A stretch of DNA of 64,000 bases, from contig CAZZBZ010000004.1 in assembly GCA_964653025.1 (NCBI GenBank), positions 4,173-68,172 on the forward strand, in the 5' to 3' direction. Of this stretch, positions 18,501-26,950 are shown one piece after another. How positions within the stretch are numbered: the first letter of the stretch is position 1; each line of letters opens with the position of its first letter. This DNA is from an uncultured Verrucomicrobiota bacterium (GTDB lineage: Bacteria > Verrucomicrobiota > Verrucomicrobiia > JABWAM01). Position numbers and translations under genes: made by a program. The notes beneath the pieces are model-generated. The model was not told where the DNA came from, searched no databases, and saw only the letters and a program-made list of their open reading frames with translations.

Positions 18501-20421
18501 ACTCGTAGCCGTGCCAGCGAAACTCCGCGACCGGCAGGGCCTTCTCTCCGGCGAGCACGCTCGTCCACTGCCCCAGGGCCGCCTCCCCGCCATCTCGATA
18601 GTTGCTCCAGCCGCACATCACGACCGCGACCCGCCCCTTGCCAAGTTCATAGCACTTCATGGGGGGAAGAGGGACGGCGCAGGGAGGCAGCGGGGACGAC
18701 GCGAGCGACTTCGCCTCGCCAAGGAGGTTGAAGAGCTCGACCTGCTCCACCTCGCTCCTCGCGGCAACGACGAGACCCATCCCGCCTTTCACCCGCTCCA
18801 TGATTTCCGCGATCAGTTCCTTCGGGAACCCAACCTGCCAATTCAGTCCGAGACTGACAAGGACCTGGGCATCGGTCGCGCGCAGTTTCGCCCGGAACCG
18901 ACGGACATCCCCGAAGTTGAGCGTGTCGGGCGGGCTCTGGATCTTCGCGATGGCGTGGTAGTCGTACTCGAGGTCCGAACGCTGGGAGATCTCGCGCAGG
19001 TGGCCAAGAGTGCAGTCGGCCGGAGCCGCGAAGAACACTCGTACCGCCCCCCCCGCGTGGTTCTTCGCCAGCGGCAGGTGCGGCGTGACGAACGACCGGT
19101 CGACCGAGGTAAACTGCGGGTCGAAGGAGGCCGGCTCCACGCCGCCACCCTCGACGCGTTCCCCGCGCTTCGCCCCCGCGGGCAGCGTCGCGGTGAACGT
19201 GAGACGACTCCGCCCGACCGTCAGCCCCTTCTCCATCATCAGCAACGGGACCCCGCCAGCCCCGCTCACCGACGCGCTGAGCACGTAGAGTCCTTCGTCG
19301 GACAGGGCCATACGGCTCTCGAGCGTCGCGGTTTCGCCAGCCTTGAGCACGGCCGACAGTTCCTGGTCGAGAACGGTCCGCCCATCCTCTTTCCGTGTGC
19401 AGCGCAGGAGGACTTTGACAGAGCGCTCCCGCCCGCTCGCGAGGAAGACGCGAAGCGGCACGTTCGCCCCCGTCTTGAGCTCCGCGGTGGCCACATCGTC
19501 GGGAAATACGGGCGCCGCCCCCACCCGAATCCCGCCGGCGAGGTCGTCCTGCATCCCGTCGAGGGCGCCGAAACCGGTGAAGGGCAGAAAAGTCGCGGCG
19601 AAGGTCACCGACCCGCCCGCCGTCACCTCTCGTTCTCGCAGGCTTGCCAGGTAGGCCGAGCCGACGGTTTTCCAGAGGTCCACCTTCATCCCGTCCACAT
19701 CCGCCCAGTCGAAAGAGAAGGCCGCGCCAAGACCACCCTCGCTGACGCCCCCCATCCACGCCCCGGCCAGGTCGGGCGCGTAGATGAACCTGGAACTGGA
19801 CTCATCGGCGCGGTCGAGGCCGAGGAGCCTGCCGTCGGCTGCCGGCAGGCAGACGGCGGTCGCCACGCGCCCGAGCGAGAGCCCCTGGAAGATTCCCATG
19901 CGCAACCGCCGGGGCTCGGTCCCGCGGTTCTCGATGGTCGTCTCGACGCGGACCGCGGGGGTGTCCTCGCGAAACGTCAGGCGCCGACGGCAGGCCATCT
20001 GGGTGACCCACTCACGCTCTGGGTCGGGTTTCTGGGAAACTTCGAATTCCAGGACTAGGTCGTCGGCCGACTGGCGCACGACCCGGTGGACCGCGGGCAA
20101 CCGCGGCCCCAGCCCGAGGTCCTCGGTAAAGAGATCGTTGCGCCTCGAGTAGTAGTTCTCCGCGCGCAACTCGACGTTGGAGGATTTGTAGATGAACGAA
20201 GATGCCGCGCCCGCGTTCGGCAGCGAGAAGGTCGCCTTGTAGAAACGGGTCTCGACCTCGACGGTCTGCGCTGGGCCGTTTCCGCCTTCGGGCAACCGGG
20301 CCACCACCCTGATCTCCGCCCGCGCTGCAGGAATCAGGAAACCCAGCACGCACGCCGCCAACGCAAGACGTCGAGGCACGCTTCCTCGCGCGCGAGATGG
20401 TAAAACGTGGTCGGGGACCAT
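15595..20421 (-). CDS. Very large secreted protein (1608 aa) with a GH42-like beta-galactosidase catalytic/trimerisation module in the C-terminal half
   Basis: Signal peptide RRLALAACVLGFLIPAARA. ..FREWLKGRYAGIAELNRSWGASFADFSEV (GH42-like) and DGVRLLVLAETGCLSAAQAEAIRGFVEDGGTLFALG (Glyco_hydro_42M-like). The + ORF 15814..20058 is its antisense. Confidence 0.75.
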   Translation of the reverse strand: MVPDHVLPSRARGSVPRRLALAACVLGFLIPAARAEIRVVARLPEGGNGPAQTVEVETRFYKATFSLPNAGAASSFIYKSSNVELRAENYYSRRNDLFTEDLGLGPRLPAVHRVVRQSADDLVLEFEVSQKPDPEREWVTQMACRRRLTFREDTPAVRVETTIENRGTEPRRLRMGIFQGLSLGRVATAVCLPAADGRLLGLDRADESSSRFIYAPDLAGAWMGGVSEGGLGAAFSFDWADVDGMKVDLWKTVGSAYLASLREREVTAGGSVTFAATFLPFTGFGALDGMQDDLAGGIRVGAAPVFPDDVATAELKTGANVPLRVFLASGRERSVKVLLRCTRKEDGRTVLDQELSAVLKAGETATLESRMALSDEGLYVLSASVSGAGGVPLLMMEKGLTVGRSRLTFTATLPAGAKRGERVEGGGVEPASFDPQFTSVDRSFVTPHLPLAKNHAGGAVRVFFAAPADCTLGHLREISQRSDLEYDYHAIAKIQSPPDTLNFGDVRRFRAKLRATDAQVLVSLGLNWQVGFPKELIAEIMERVKGGMGLVVAARSEVEQVELFNLLGEAKSLASSPLPPCAVPLPPMKCYELGKGRVAVVMCGWSNYRDGGEAALGQWTSVLAGEKALPVAEFRWHGYEYAYAALGELARWAARKEGPARVTRVALRGDRVAVDLRWDGAATDVIVQARVRTRRWEERTAGEAKVKFAPGAVSCEVPLKARPDAGPCALEVFARDPSGKLLAFASAGAVGGEGVDLKVDVMACQPAEKTGTCRVEWSGKVGDARLRFRLVDRLGRVVVEDARNAKLDGTPQGVEFPLGKLRPLTVYHEAVATLESGGRVLAETTADVFLIPAKPDYADRFVLAVADAPERRPLHLQALLPLMRSLGLTMHSHSYNMQTLYASGGTAASNAGGLSLKQRYALPPVKPSLDDASCAMSPPFLPSAASITAMKEKWQAAVRAAAAQGARLFPLDDERRFPVDFDRSPGTMAGFREWLKGRYAGIAELNRSWGASFADFSEVVPKKRAEVQVAPNLAPWLEFQMYLGTVAGEHYMKAPAEWAAEISPDLSVGEHGVYEPRAEWPVDWARYARYYRYTLRYGDSQGVLEELFRCFGDGACHGRWQGYGMLDITPDRRAEAWASLLNGGSFCAFWAMTDNGFWNYGVATSDQRPTKGYAALAKEEFPDLTGGIDRLILNSRFTDDGIAIGYSYPSWMADVGALGQKAKAVIEELGYQHRFVNLEGLAPGQLGKDGVRLLVLAETGCLSAAQAEAIRGFVEDGGTLFALGRCGWRDLHGAPHARPVIEDLTGVEIAGPTPSPGMEMRASGADAPLKLRACCNGVKVATAVKVLAESAGTPLWTVREAGKGRVYWLNSRLEGHNAVFKGGVAEEKSTTVEGPQALRRSHWRVFERVLREAGIAVRCRIEQGGQPLFDTETWYYETPSKRTLFVAHYLLREVKEPLTVRLGRKGQVYEMRSHRDLGRAGTFAEVFPPGHVKVFAVLDYAVAGVKASLPVAKVAAGGELACDLAIETDGPKADLHAVRLRIEDAQGREIPGSRDVTVLREGAGRWTWPVALNVPPGRYTLRATDVTSGREGAATFDVAASRLPVPSP

Positions 20422-20459
20422 CTTCTCCCGGATTCGAACGTGGTGGCGGGGAACCCGGA

Positions 20460-21713
20460 TCAGCGACCGCGGTTGAACTCCCGCACCGCATCGAGCATCG
20501 CCACGATGTTCTCCACGGGGGTGAGGGCCTGGACGTTGTGGATGGAGTCAAAAACGAACCCGCCGTTCTTCGAGAACACCTCGCAGCGCTCGAGAACCTG
20601 GCGGCGCACCTCCTCCTTCGTCCCGAACGGCAGCACCCGCTGGGTGTCCACCCCGCCTCCCCAGAACACCAGCTGGTCGCCAAAGCGTTTCTTGATCTCC
20701 GACGCTCCCATCCCGGTCGCCGAACACTGGACCGGGTTGATGATGTCGAAACCGCTCTCGATGATCGAGGGGAGCAGCGGCACGATTGCCCCGCAGGAAT
20801 GCTTGAAGGTCTTCCACCGGGTATTGCGGTGGACCCAGTCGTTCAGCGCCTTGTAGCGCGGGAGCCACAACTCGCGGAAGGTCGCCGCCGAGCAGAACTG
20901 GCTGACCTGCGTCCCGAAGTCGGTGCCGCATACGAAGAGCACGTCGAACGAATCGCCGAGGACGCGGTGGGCCTTCCGTAGATTCGCGAGGCCAACCTCG
21001 AGTTGTCGATCGAAGATCGCCGCCACATAATCCTTCCTCGTCGCCACCGTGACGTACCACTCCGCCACGTCTCGGATCCCCTTCGGCCGCCGCAAGAACG
21101 GCCCCGGCACCAGCGCGATATCCCCAAACCCCAAACCCCCGATCCCCGCAACCACCGCGCGCCCGGAGCCCTTGACCCGGTCCACCTCGGACTTGAGGTG
21201 CGCGAGCGTCTCGTCGGAAAGCGGCGTAAACTCCTCAAGGTTGTCCGCGGGATTCAGTTTCTCCTCATCGATCGGATCCTGGCGGATGATGGAATCGAAA
21301 AAATACCCCCCCGATGGCAGGCGCCCGCTCGCCGGAACGCTCATGTCCCCCTCGGGATAGATCAGCACGTCGTCGCCCTCCTTCCTGGTGTTGAACTTGC
21401 CCGGCACGAGAACGTCCTGCCCCCAGGGCGTCCGCCATTCCTTCCAGTCCTTCGGTGCGAAGCCAAAGATGGAACCCGGCGGCATCGGGGCCGCGGTGTC
21501 GATCCCCGCCGCATCGAGAAGGTCGTCCTCGATCCATCCGAGCATCTGGTAGGGCTCGTGAACCTTCACGGGGCGTTTCGCGAGCCCGTAGTGATTCCTC
21601 AACGCCGCCACGCAGGAAACGTGCATGCCGGTCACCGGGGTGCTCCCAAAATCCACCGGAACCGGGCCGGAACGGTGGGCAAGGGCCGTCAGAACCTTCT
21701 CGCGATGCGTCAT
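20460..21713 (-). CDS. Uroporphyrinogen decarboxylase (URO-D)-like family protein; MtaA/MtvB-type corrinoid methyltransferase fold
   Basis: MTHREKVLTALAHR.GPVPVDFGSTP..; 417 aa. The rest of ORF 20460..23498 upstream of 21713 is antisense to the S55 peptidase gene. Confidence 0.8.
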   Translation of the reverse strand: MTHREKVLTALAHRSGPVPVDFGSTPVTGMHVSCVAALRNHYGLAKRPVKVHEPYQMLGWIEDDLLDAAGIDTAAPMPPGSIFGFAPKDWKEWRTPWGQDVLVPGKFNTRKEGDDVLIYPEGDMSVPASGRLPSGGYFFDSIIRQDPIDEEKLNPADNLEEFTPLSDETLAHLKSEVDRVKGSGRAVVAGIGGLGFGDIALVPGPFLRRPKGIRDVAEWYVTVATRKDYVAAIFDRQLEVGLANLRKAHRVLGDSFDVLFVCGTDFGTQVSQFCSAATFRELWLPRYKALNDWVHRNTRWKTFKHSCGAIVPLLPSIIESGFDIINPVQCSATGMGASEIKKRFGDQLVFWGGGVDTQRVLPFGTKEEVRRQVLERCEVFSKNGGFVFDSIHNVQALTPVENIVAMLDAVREFNRGR

Positions 21714-21818
21714 GCCGCTCCTTCTAGTGGGCGGCCCACAGGAAATCGAGGAGGAAAAGGGAGAGGCGCCACCCGTGGGTGATTTGACCCAACGCGCGGA
21801 TTCTGGCATGGCTTTCCC

Positions 21819-23654
21819 GTGCCCCTCGCCTCCCGCTTCGCACTCGCACTGGTTCTCCTGGCCGGGAGCTCGTTCGCCGCGCCGCCCATCTTCCCTCTCA
21901 AGGACGTGAAGCCCGGACTGCGCGGCGAGTGCCACACGGTTTTCGCCGGCACCCGCGTGCAGGCCTTCCCTTTCGAGGTGATGGGTGTGGCGAAGGATTT
22001 TGCCGGCCCCGGCCGCGACATCATCTGGTGCAAGATGCTCGACGACCCCACGAAGCAGATGGTCGTCGCCGGCGGCATGAGTGGCAGCCCCTGCCTCATT
22101 GACGGGAAGAACATGGGTGCCCTCGCTTACGGGTGGACGTTTAACAAGGACCCGATCTTCGGCGTCCAACCGATCGAGTCCATGCTCGAGCTCTTCGAGT
22201 TCCGCGGCAACACGCGCGGCGGGCGCTCCCTCTTTGGCGACAAATCCTCCCCCCCACGCTCCTCCCCGGGCGTGCGGATGCTCAGTGCGCTGGCCGGTTT
22301 CGCGCTTCCCCCCGGACAAGCCCTTTCCGAACCGACCGCCAGCCCCATCCCCCTGCCCCTCGAGATCGGGGGCCTGCACCCGCTCGCCAGGGAGCCGGTT
22401 GCTCGCGCCCTCCAGGAAGCGGGGTTCTTCCCGATCTTCGGCGGCGGCGGCGCGAGCCAGGGCGGCCTGGGTGACGCCTCGGACCTGGTCCCCGGCTCCC
22501 CGCTCACCGGCCTCATCGCGCGCGGCGACCTCAGCATGGCCGCCACGGGAACCCTCACATGGCGCGACGGAGACCGCGTCCTCGCATTCGGGCACCCCTT
22601 CCTCGGCGCGGGTGCCATCGCGATCCCCATGGGCAAAGCCGAGATCATCGGGATCGTCTCCAGCTACATGCGCTCGTTCAAGATGGCCAACAAGGGACCC
22701 GTGGTCGGCACCCTCACCCAGGACCGGATGTCGGCGGTCGCCGGCTTCATCGGACGCGTCCCGAAGATGGTACCGATGACGGTCAAGGTCACCCGCGAGG
22801 GGGCCTCCCCCCGCACGCACCGGCTCGAGTTCTGCGATAACAAGTTCTTCACCCTTTCCGTCTACCAGACCGCCCTCCTCCAGTTCCTCGCAAACGTCAT
22901 GGAGCAGAGCGAAGAGGGCACCCTCGCAATCCGAAGCGAGGTCCGCCTCAAGGGCGCCCCGCCCCTCGTCTTCGAGGACATGTTCACAGGGGAAAGGGGC
23001 TCCTGGGCTCTCGATTCGGTGGTGGGACCCGCCATGCAACTCGGCAGCCTGTACGCGAACGACTTCGCGCAACCCGAGATTGAATCGGTCGCCGTCGAGG
23101 CCTCCTTCCGCCCCGCGGTCCACCAGCTCTCCATCGAGCAGCTCTCCGCCGAACCCCTTGAGGCCCGTCCGGGGGACGCCGTGCGCCTCCGCGCCATCTT
23201 CCAGCCCTGGCACGGCAAGCGGATCAGCAGGGAGTTCGAAGCCCGGATCCCCGAGGAAGCCAAGTCCGGCGAGGTGCAGGTCGTGCTCGCCGACGCGGCT
23301 CGTGCCAGCCAGCTTACCGGGAAGAGCGCCCTGCGGGGCGGCGGTTTCGTCATCACGGTCGGCGGCGCGCCGGATTTTTCGACCGCCGCGCGCAACCTCG
23401 AGGAGACCGTGCTCGGCCTCAATGACCGCCGGCCCTCCGACCGCCTCTATCTCCTCGTCACCCGCGCCGCGGAGGGGCTCAACCTCGGCGAACGCCACCT
23501 GCCGGCGCTTCCCGAGTCCGTCCGCAAACTCATTGCCGGGGATTCCACCGCGGGTTCCCCCTCCCGACTTTCGACCCTGATCCTTTCCGAGACCCAGGTT
23601 CCGATGCAGGCCCGCGTCGAGGGCAGCCGGAGCGTCACCATCCGAATCAAATGA
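21819..23654 (+). CDS. Secreted peptidase S55 (SpoIVB-like) family protein
   Basis: GTG start; signal peptide PLASRFALALVLLAGSSFAAP; serine protease motif GGMSGSPCLIDGKNMGA. Confidence 0.7.
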   Translation: MPLASRFALALVLLAGSSFAAPPIFPLKDVKPGLRGECHTVFAGTRVQAFPFEVMGVAKDFAGPGRDIIWCKMLDDPTKQMVVAGGMSGSPCLIDGKNMGALAYGWTFNKDPIFGVQPIESMLELFEFRGNTRGGRSLFGDKSSPPRSSPGVRMLSALAGFALPPGQALSEPTASPIPLPLEIGGLHPLAREPVARALQEAGFFPIFGGGGASQGGLGDASDLVPGSPLTGLIARGDLSMAATGTLTWRDGDRVLAFGHPFLGAGAIAIPMGKAEIIGIVSSYMRSFKMANKGPVVGTLTQDRMSAVAGFIGRVPKMVPMTVKVTREGASPRTHRLEFCDNKFFTLSVYQTALLQFLANVMEQSEEGTLAIRSEVRLKGAPPLVFEDMFTGERGSWALDSVVGPAMQLGSLYANDFAQPEIESVAVEASFRPAVHQLSIEQLSAEPLEARPGDAVRLRAIFQPWHGKRISREFEARIPEEAKSGEVQVVLADAARASQLTGKSALRGGGFVITVGGAPDFSTAARNLEETVLGLNDRRPSDRLYLLVTRAAEGLNLGERHLPALPESVRKLIAGDSTAGSPSRLSTLILSETQVPMQARVEGSRSVTIRIK

Positions 23655-25891
23655 AACCGTTCCCCCTCGCGCTCCTCGCCGTCCTCGCCGCCCTTCCCTG
23701 TGGTGCCGTCCAGACGCAGAAGTCCACCCAGGATTCCTTCGCCGACTTCGCCGAAGGGGAAGCCCGGGGCACCGCTGTCTCCTCGGATGGCTTCCTCCGC
23801 CTCGGGATCGAGGCGACCCGACTCGCCACCCTCCCCGTCCCCACCGTATGGACCGCCGTGCGGGCAGCCGACGGCACGCTTTATGTCGCCGCCGGTAACG
23901 AAGGGCAGGTCTTCCGCGTCGGCAAAGACGGCAAGCCGGAGGAATACTTCAAGGCGAAGGAGATCCAGGTCCATGCCCTTGTGCTCGACCGCAACGGCGT
24001 CCTCTTCGCCGGTGCCTCCCCCGATGGGAAGGTCTACCGCATCGAGGGCCCCGGGAAGTCCTCGGTCTTTTTCGAGCCGAAGGAGAAGTACATCTGGGCG
24101 CTCGCCTTCGACGCCGACGGCCACCTCTTCGCCGCCACCGGCGACAAGGGCAAACTCTTCAAGATCACCGCCGCCGGCAAGGGCGGCGTGTTCTACGACA
24201 GCGACGAGACCCACCTGCGTTCCCTGTTGCTCGACGCGAAGAAGCGGCTCTGGGCGGGCAGCGACGGCAACGGCATCGTCTACCGCTTCGATTCGACCTC
24301 CGGCGAAACCGGCGCACCCTTCGCCGCTTACGACTCCGACTTCCGCGAGATCACCGCCATGGCGGCGGCCCCCGACGGGGCCGTCTTCGTCGCCGCCATG
24401 GGCGATGGAAAATCCTCCCGTTCCCCCGGTCTTTCGATGTCATCCATGCCCAAGCCTCCCTCGGGCGCCGCCGGAAACGCCATCGCGGCGATGATGGAAG
24501 CGTCCGCCAAGGCCGAGGACCCGGGCGGAAGCTCGAGTGGCCAGGACAAACCCGGTGCGGGCGAGATCGTGCGCATCGGCCTCGACGGGGCCACGGAGCG
24601 CTGGTGGAGCGACAGCGAGGACGTCCACGCCCTCGCCGTCACCGGCCCCGCACGCGTCTGGGCGGGAACGGGGCGCAAGGGCAAGCTCATCCAACTCACG
24701 GGGCCGAGGTCCTGGACCATTCTCAACCAACTCGAAGCCGAGACGATCACGGCCCTCTTGCCTCGCGGCGGGGAAGGTTGGATCGCCACCACCTCCACCG
24801 CCGGCGCGCTCTGGGCGTTGCCCGGGACGCCCGCGCGGAAGGGTTCCTTCGAGTCGAAGGTCCTCGATGCGCGCGCCTCAGCGCGCTGGGGGGTCGCCGA
24901 CTGGCGCGCCGGTGGCGCCGGCAAGGTGCGGATGCTCACGCGCACCGGCAACACCGCCAAGCCCGACAAGGTCTGGAGCGACTGGAAACCCCTCGACCCC
25001 GGTGGGCGCATCCAGAGCCCGATCGCGCGCCACCTCCAGTACAAGCTCGAGATGGAGGTCGAAGGCGCCGGGGACGGGCCTTTCGTGGACCGCGTGGACC
25101 TCTTTTACCAGCCACAGAACCAACCCCCCCGACTGGCGCGGGTCTCGGTCACCCCTGCGAACATCGAACTCGCCAAGGCCCCGAAGCCCGAGATGCCGCT
25201 GCCGCCGGTCACTGCGGCCGGGGGCGCCGGCATGGGCGCCGCGGGCGCGAACGGTCGCTCCTCCGCCTCGACAAATCCCTCCATGGGCGCGGCCATGGAC
25301 GCCATGATGGCCGCCGCCCGCGGCCCCATGCTCCAGCAGGTCAAGAAGATGGGCTGGCGTTCGGCGATCTGGCAGGCCTCCGACCCTGACAGCGACGACC
25401 TCCTCGCCCAGGTCTTCTTCCGCGCCTCGGGCGCGAAGAAGTGGATGCTCCTTCGTGGCGACCTGCGCGAGAGCTTCTTCGCCTGGGATGCCGCCACGTG
25501 GCCCGACGGGGACTACGCCCTCAAGGTCGTGGTCAGCGACCTCCCCGGCAACCTTCCCATCGAGCAGCGCAGCGACGAGATGGTGAGCGAGGTCTTCACG
25601 GTGGACAACACGGCGCCGGTGATCGTCCCCGATATTTCGCCCGAGACCCTCAAGAAGGGCTCGCTCCTCCTCGTGATCCGCGACACCACCAGCGTGGTGG
25701 ACGAGGCCGAGTACTCCCTCGACGGGGCCGACTGGCGTCCACTGCTGCCCATCAGCGGCATCTACGACGCGAAGGAGAACCGCTTCGCGATCCCGATCGC
25801 GAACCTCGCCGCCGGCGACCACTACGTCAACGTCCGCGCCAGCGACTCCGCCAACAACATCGCCAGCGCCACAATCCACTTCAGGAAGTAG
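23651..25891 (+). CDS. Secreted beta-propeller repeat protein with a C-terminal beta-sandwich region
   Basis: Signal peptide. Repeats YVAAGNEGQVFRV / FAGASPDGKVYRI / FAATGDKGKLFKI / WAGSDGNGIVYRF / WAGTGRKGKLIQL. ATGA overlap with the S55 stop. Confidence 0.7.
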   Translation: MKPFPLALLAVLAALPCGAVQTQKSTQDSFADFAEGEARGTAVSSDGFLRLGIEATRLATLPVPTVWTAVRAADGTLYVAAGNEGQVFRVGKDGKPEEYFKAKEIQVHALVLDRNGVLFAGASPDGKVYRIEGPGKSSVFFEPKEKYIWALAFDADGHLFAATGDKGKLFKITAAGKGGVFYDSDETHLRSLLLDAKKRLWAGSDGNGIVYRFDSTSGETGAPFAAYDSDFREITAMAAAPDGAVFVAAMGDGKSSRSPGLSMSSMPKPPSGAAGNAIAAMMEASAKAEDPGGSSSGQDKPGAGEIVRIGLDGATERWWSDSEDVHALAVTGPARVWAGTGRKGKLIQLTGPRSWTILNQLEAETITALLPRGGEGWIATTSTAGALWALPGTPARKGSFESKVLDARASARWGVADWRAGGAGKVRMLTRTGNTAKPDKVWSDWKPLDPGGRIQSPIARHLQYKLEMEVEGAGDGPFVDRVDLFYQPQNQPPRLARVSVTPANIELAKAPKPEMPLPPVTAAGGAGMGAAGANGRSSASTNPSMGAAMDAMMAAARGPMLQQVKKMGWRSAIWQASDPDSDDLLAQVFFRASGAKKWMLLRGDLRESFFAWDAATWPDGDYALKVVVSDLPGNLPIEQRSDEMVSEVFTVDNTAPVIVPDISPETLKKGSLLLVIRDTTSVVDEAEYSLDGADWRPLLPISGIYDAKENRFAIPIANLAAGDHYVNVRASDSANNIASATIHFRK

Positions 25892-25983
25892 CTCTCAACC
25901 GCAGTTCTTGGTGTGGGAGGCGCGGCTGTATTCCCCCGAACGCATTTTCGGGGCGCGCGAATTCTGCTCCGACGCAAACTCCT

Positions 25984-26412
25984 TCAGATCAAGATCTCCA
26001 CCCGAAGCCCCGGAAAACGACGAAACCCCCGGTCAAAGGTGACCAGACCCCATCCCCCGGCCCGCGCGAACGCTGCCAGATAAGCGTCGGTTTCCGCGCA
26101 CTGTCCCTTGCGGATCGCAACGGTGACTCCACGCCACGCCGCCTCAAGCCCCTTGGGCTCCTCGATCCGAAGGAATCGATCATCTTCCATCATCAGGTCC
26201 CAGCCGCGCCAAAACTCGGCGGGAGAGAGCGTCTCCTCCTTCATCACCACGGGCTGCGTGAGGATACGCAGGGCGCTCATCTGGGCGATGCGACAGACGA
26301 GCACCAAACCCGGTGCGCGCTGCCCATCGAGCCATCGAACCGCCGCCCCCGAATGCCGATGCCGCGCATGCAGGAGCGCGACGAGGACGTTGACATCAAC
26401 GAGCGCGTCCAT
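25984..26412 (-). CDS. vapC: PIN-domain toxin VapC
   Basis: MDALVDVNVLVALLH.., acidic PIN residues. Overlaps the upstream antitoxin gene. Confidence 0.8.
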   Translation of the reverse strand: MDALVDVNVLVALLHARHRHSGAAVRWLDGQRAPGLVLVCRIAQMSALRILTQPVVMKEETLSPAEFWRGWDLMMEDDRFLRIEEPKGLEAAWRGVTVAIRKGQCAETDAYLAAFARAGGWGLVTFDRGFRRFPGLRVEILI

Positions 26413-26659
26413 GGCGGCGAACATCCTCCCCGTCCTCCAAGCGAGCGAGGTCGGCGTTGGTCAGGCTCATGGTTCCCGGTGCCCGGGAGGAAAAGATGGG
26501 GAACGCGGCCCGCCGCCGGCGGTATACATCTGGCACCGGGATCTCCAACTCGCGGGCCAGGGCCTCTCCCACGAGGTTTCGCAGCGTGGTTCCCCGCTCC
26601 ACGGCGGTGATCTTCGCGCGCCGCACCATCTCATCGGGCAGATCAAGGGTGGTCTTCAT
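26396..26659 (-). CDS. vapB: Type II antitoxin (VapB-like)
   Basis: MKTTLDLPDEMVRRAKITAVERGTTLRNLVGEALAREL..; 87 aa; 17-29 nt overlap with the vapC start. Confidence 0.7.
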   Translation of the reverse strand: MKTTLDLPDEMVRRAKITAVERGTTLRNLVGEALARELEIPVPDVYRRRRAAFPIFSSRAPGTMSLTNADLARLEDGEDVRRHGRAR

Positions 26660-26950
26660 GCGCCCAGTTTCCTGTATTCCCATATTCCTGTTAAACTGAG
26701 AACAACATCCCCATCCTCGCATCGGCGGCTTCTCCGGAGGGGATTTATCTGCACCATGATATGACATTGAACCGACACGTTTTCGTTTTCTTCCCCGAAA
26801 CCCGTCGAAAACAATAACGGGAAACCTCATCAATCATTCAAGCTTGCGGCGCGGCGAGACAAGGCCCTGTCGAAACTCTGATGGGAAGGCGGCAGACGGG
26901 ACCTTTCTTCCGTTCCCGCTCATTTTGCGTTTTACATTGGCCGCTGCGCA

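Noticed and set aside
15814-20058. 1414-aa plus-strand ORF, plus similar long antisense ORFs at 8501..9841, 2288..3949, 21003..21782, 46074..47822, 48010..49206, 48887..50713 and 54895..56175
   Set aside because: These are high-GC antisense artefacts. Each lies opposite a gene with clear domain content, and their own translations are Arg/Pro/Gly-rich without motifs.
20401-20440. GATTCGAACG T-loop-like string
   Set aside because: It lies inside the N-terminal coding sequence of the large secreted protein (MVPDHVLPSRARG) with no cloverleaf context.
21714-23498. Upstream 595 codons of minus ORF 20460..23498 (which would make a 1012-aa protein)
   Set aside because: The URO-D-like domain begins exactly at the internal Met (21713). 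Everything upstream is antisense to the S55 peptidase gene and compositionally non-coding.
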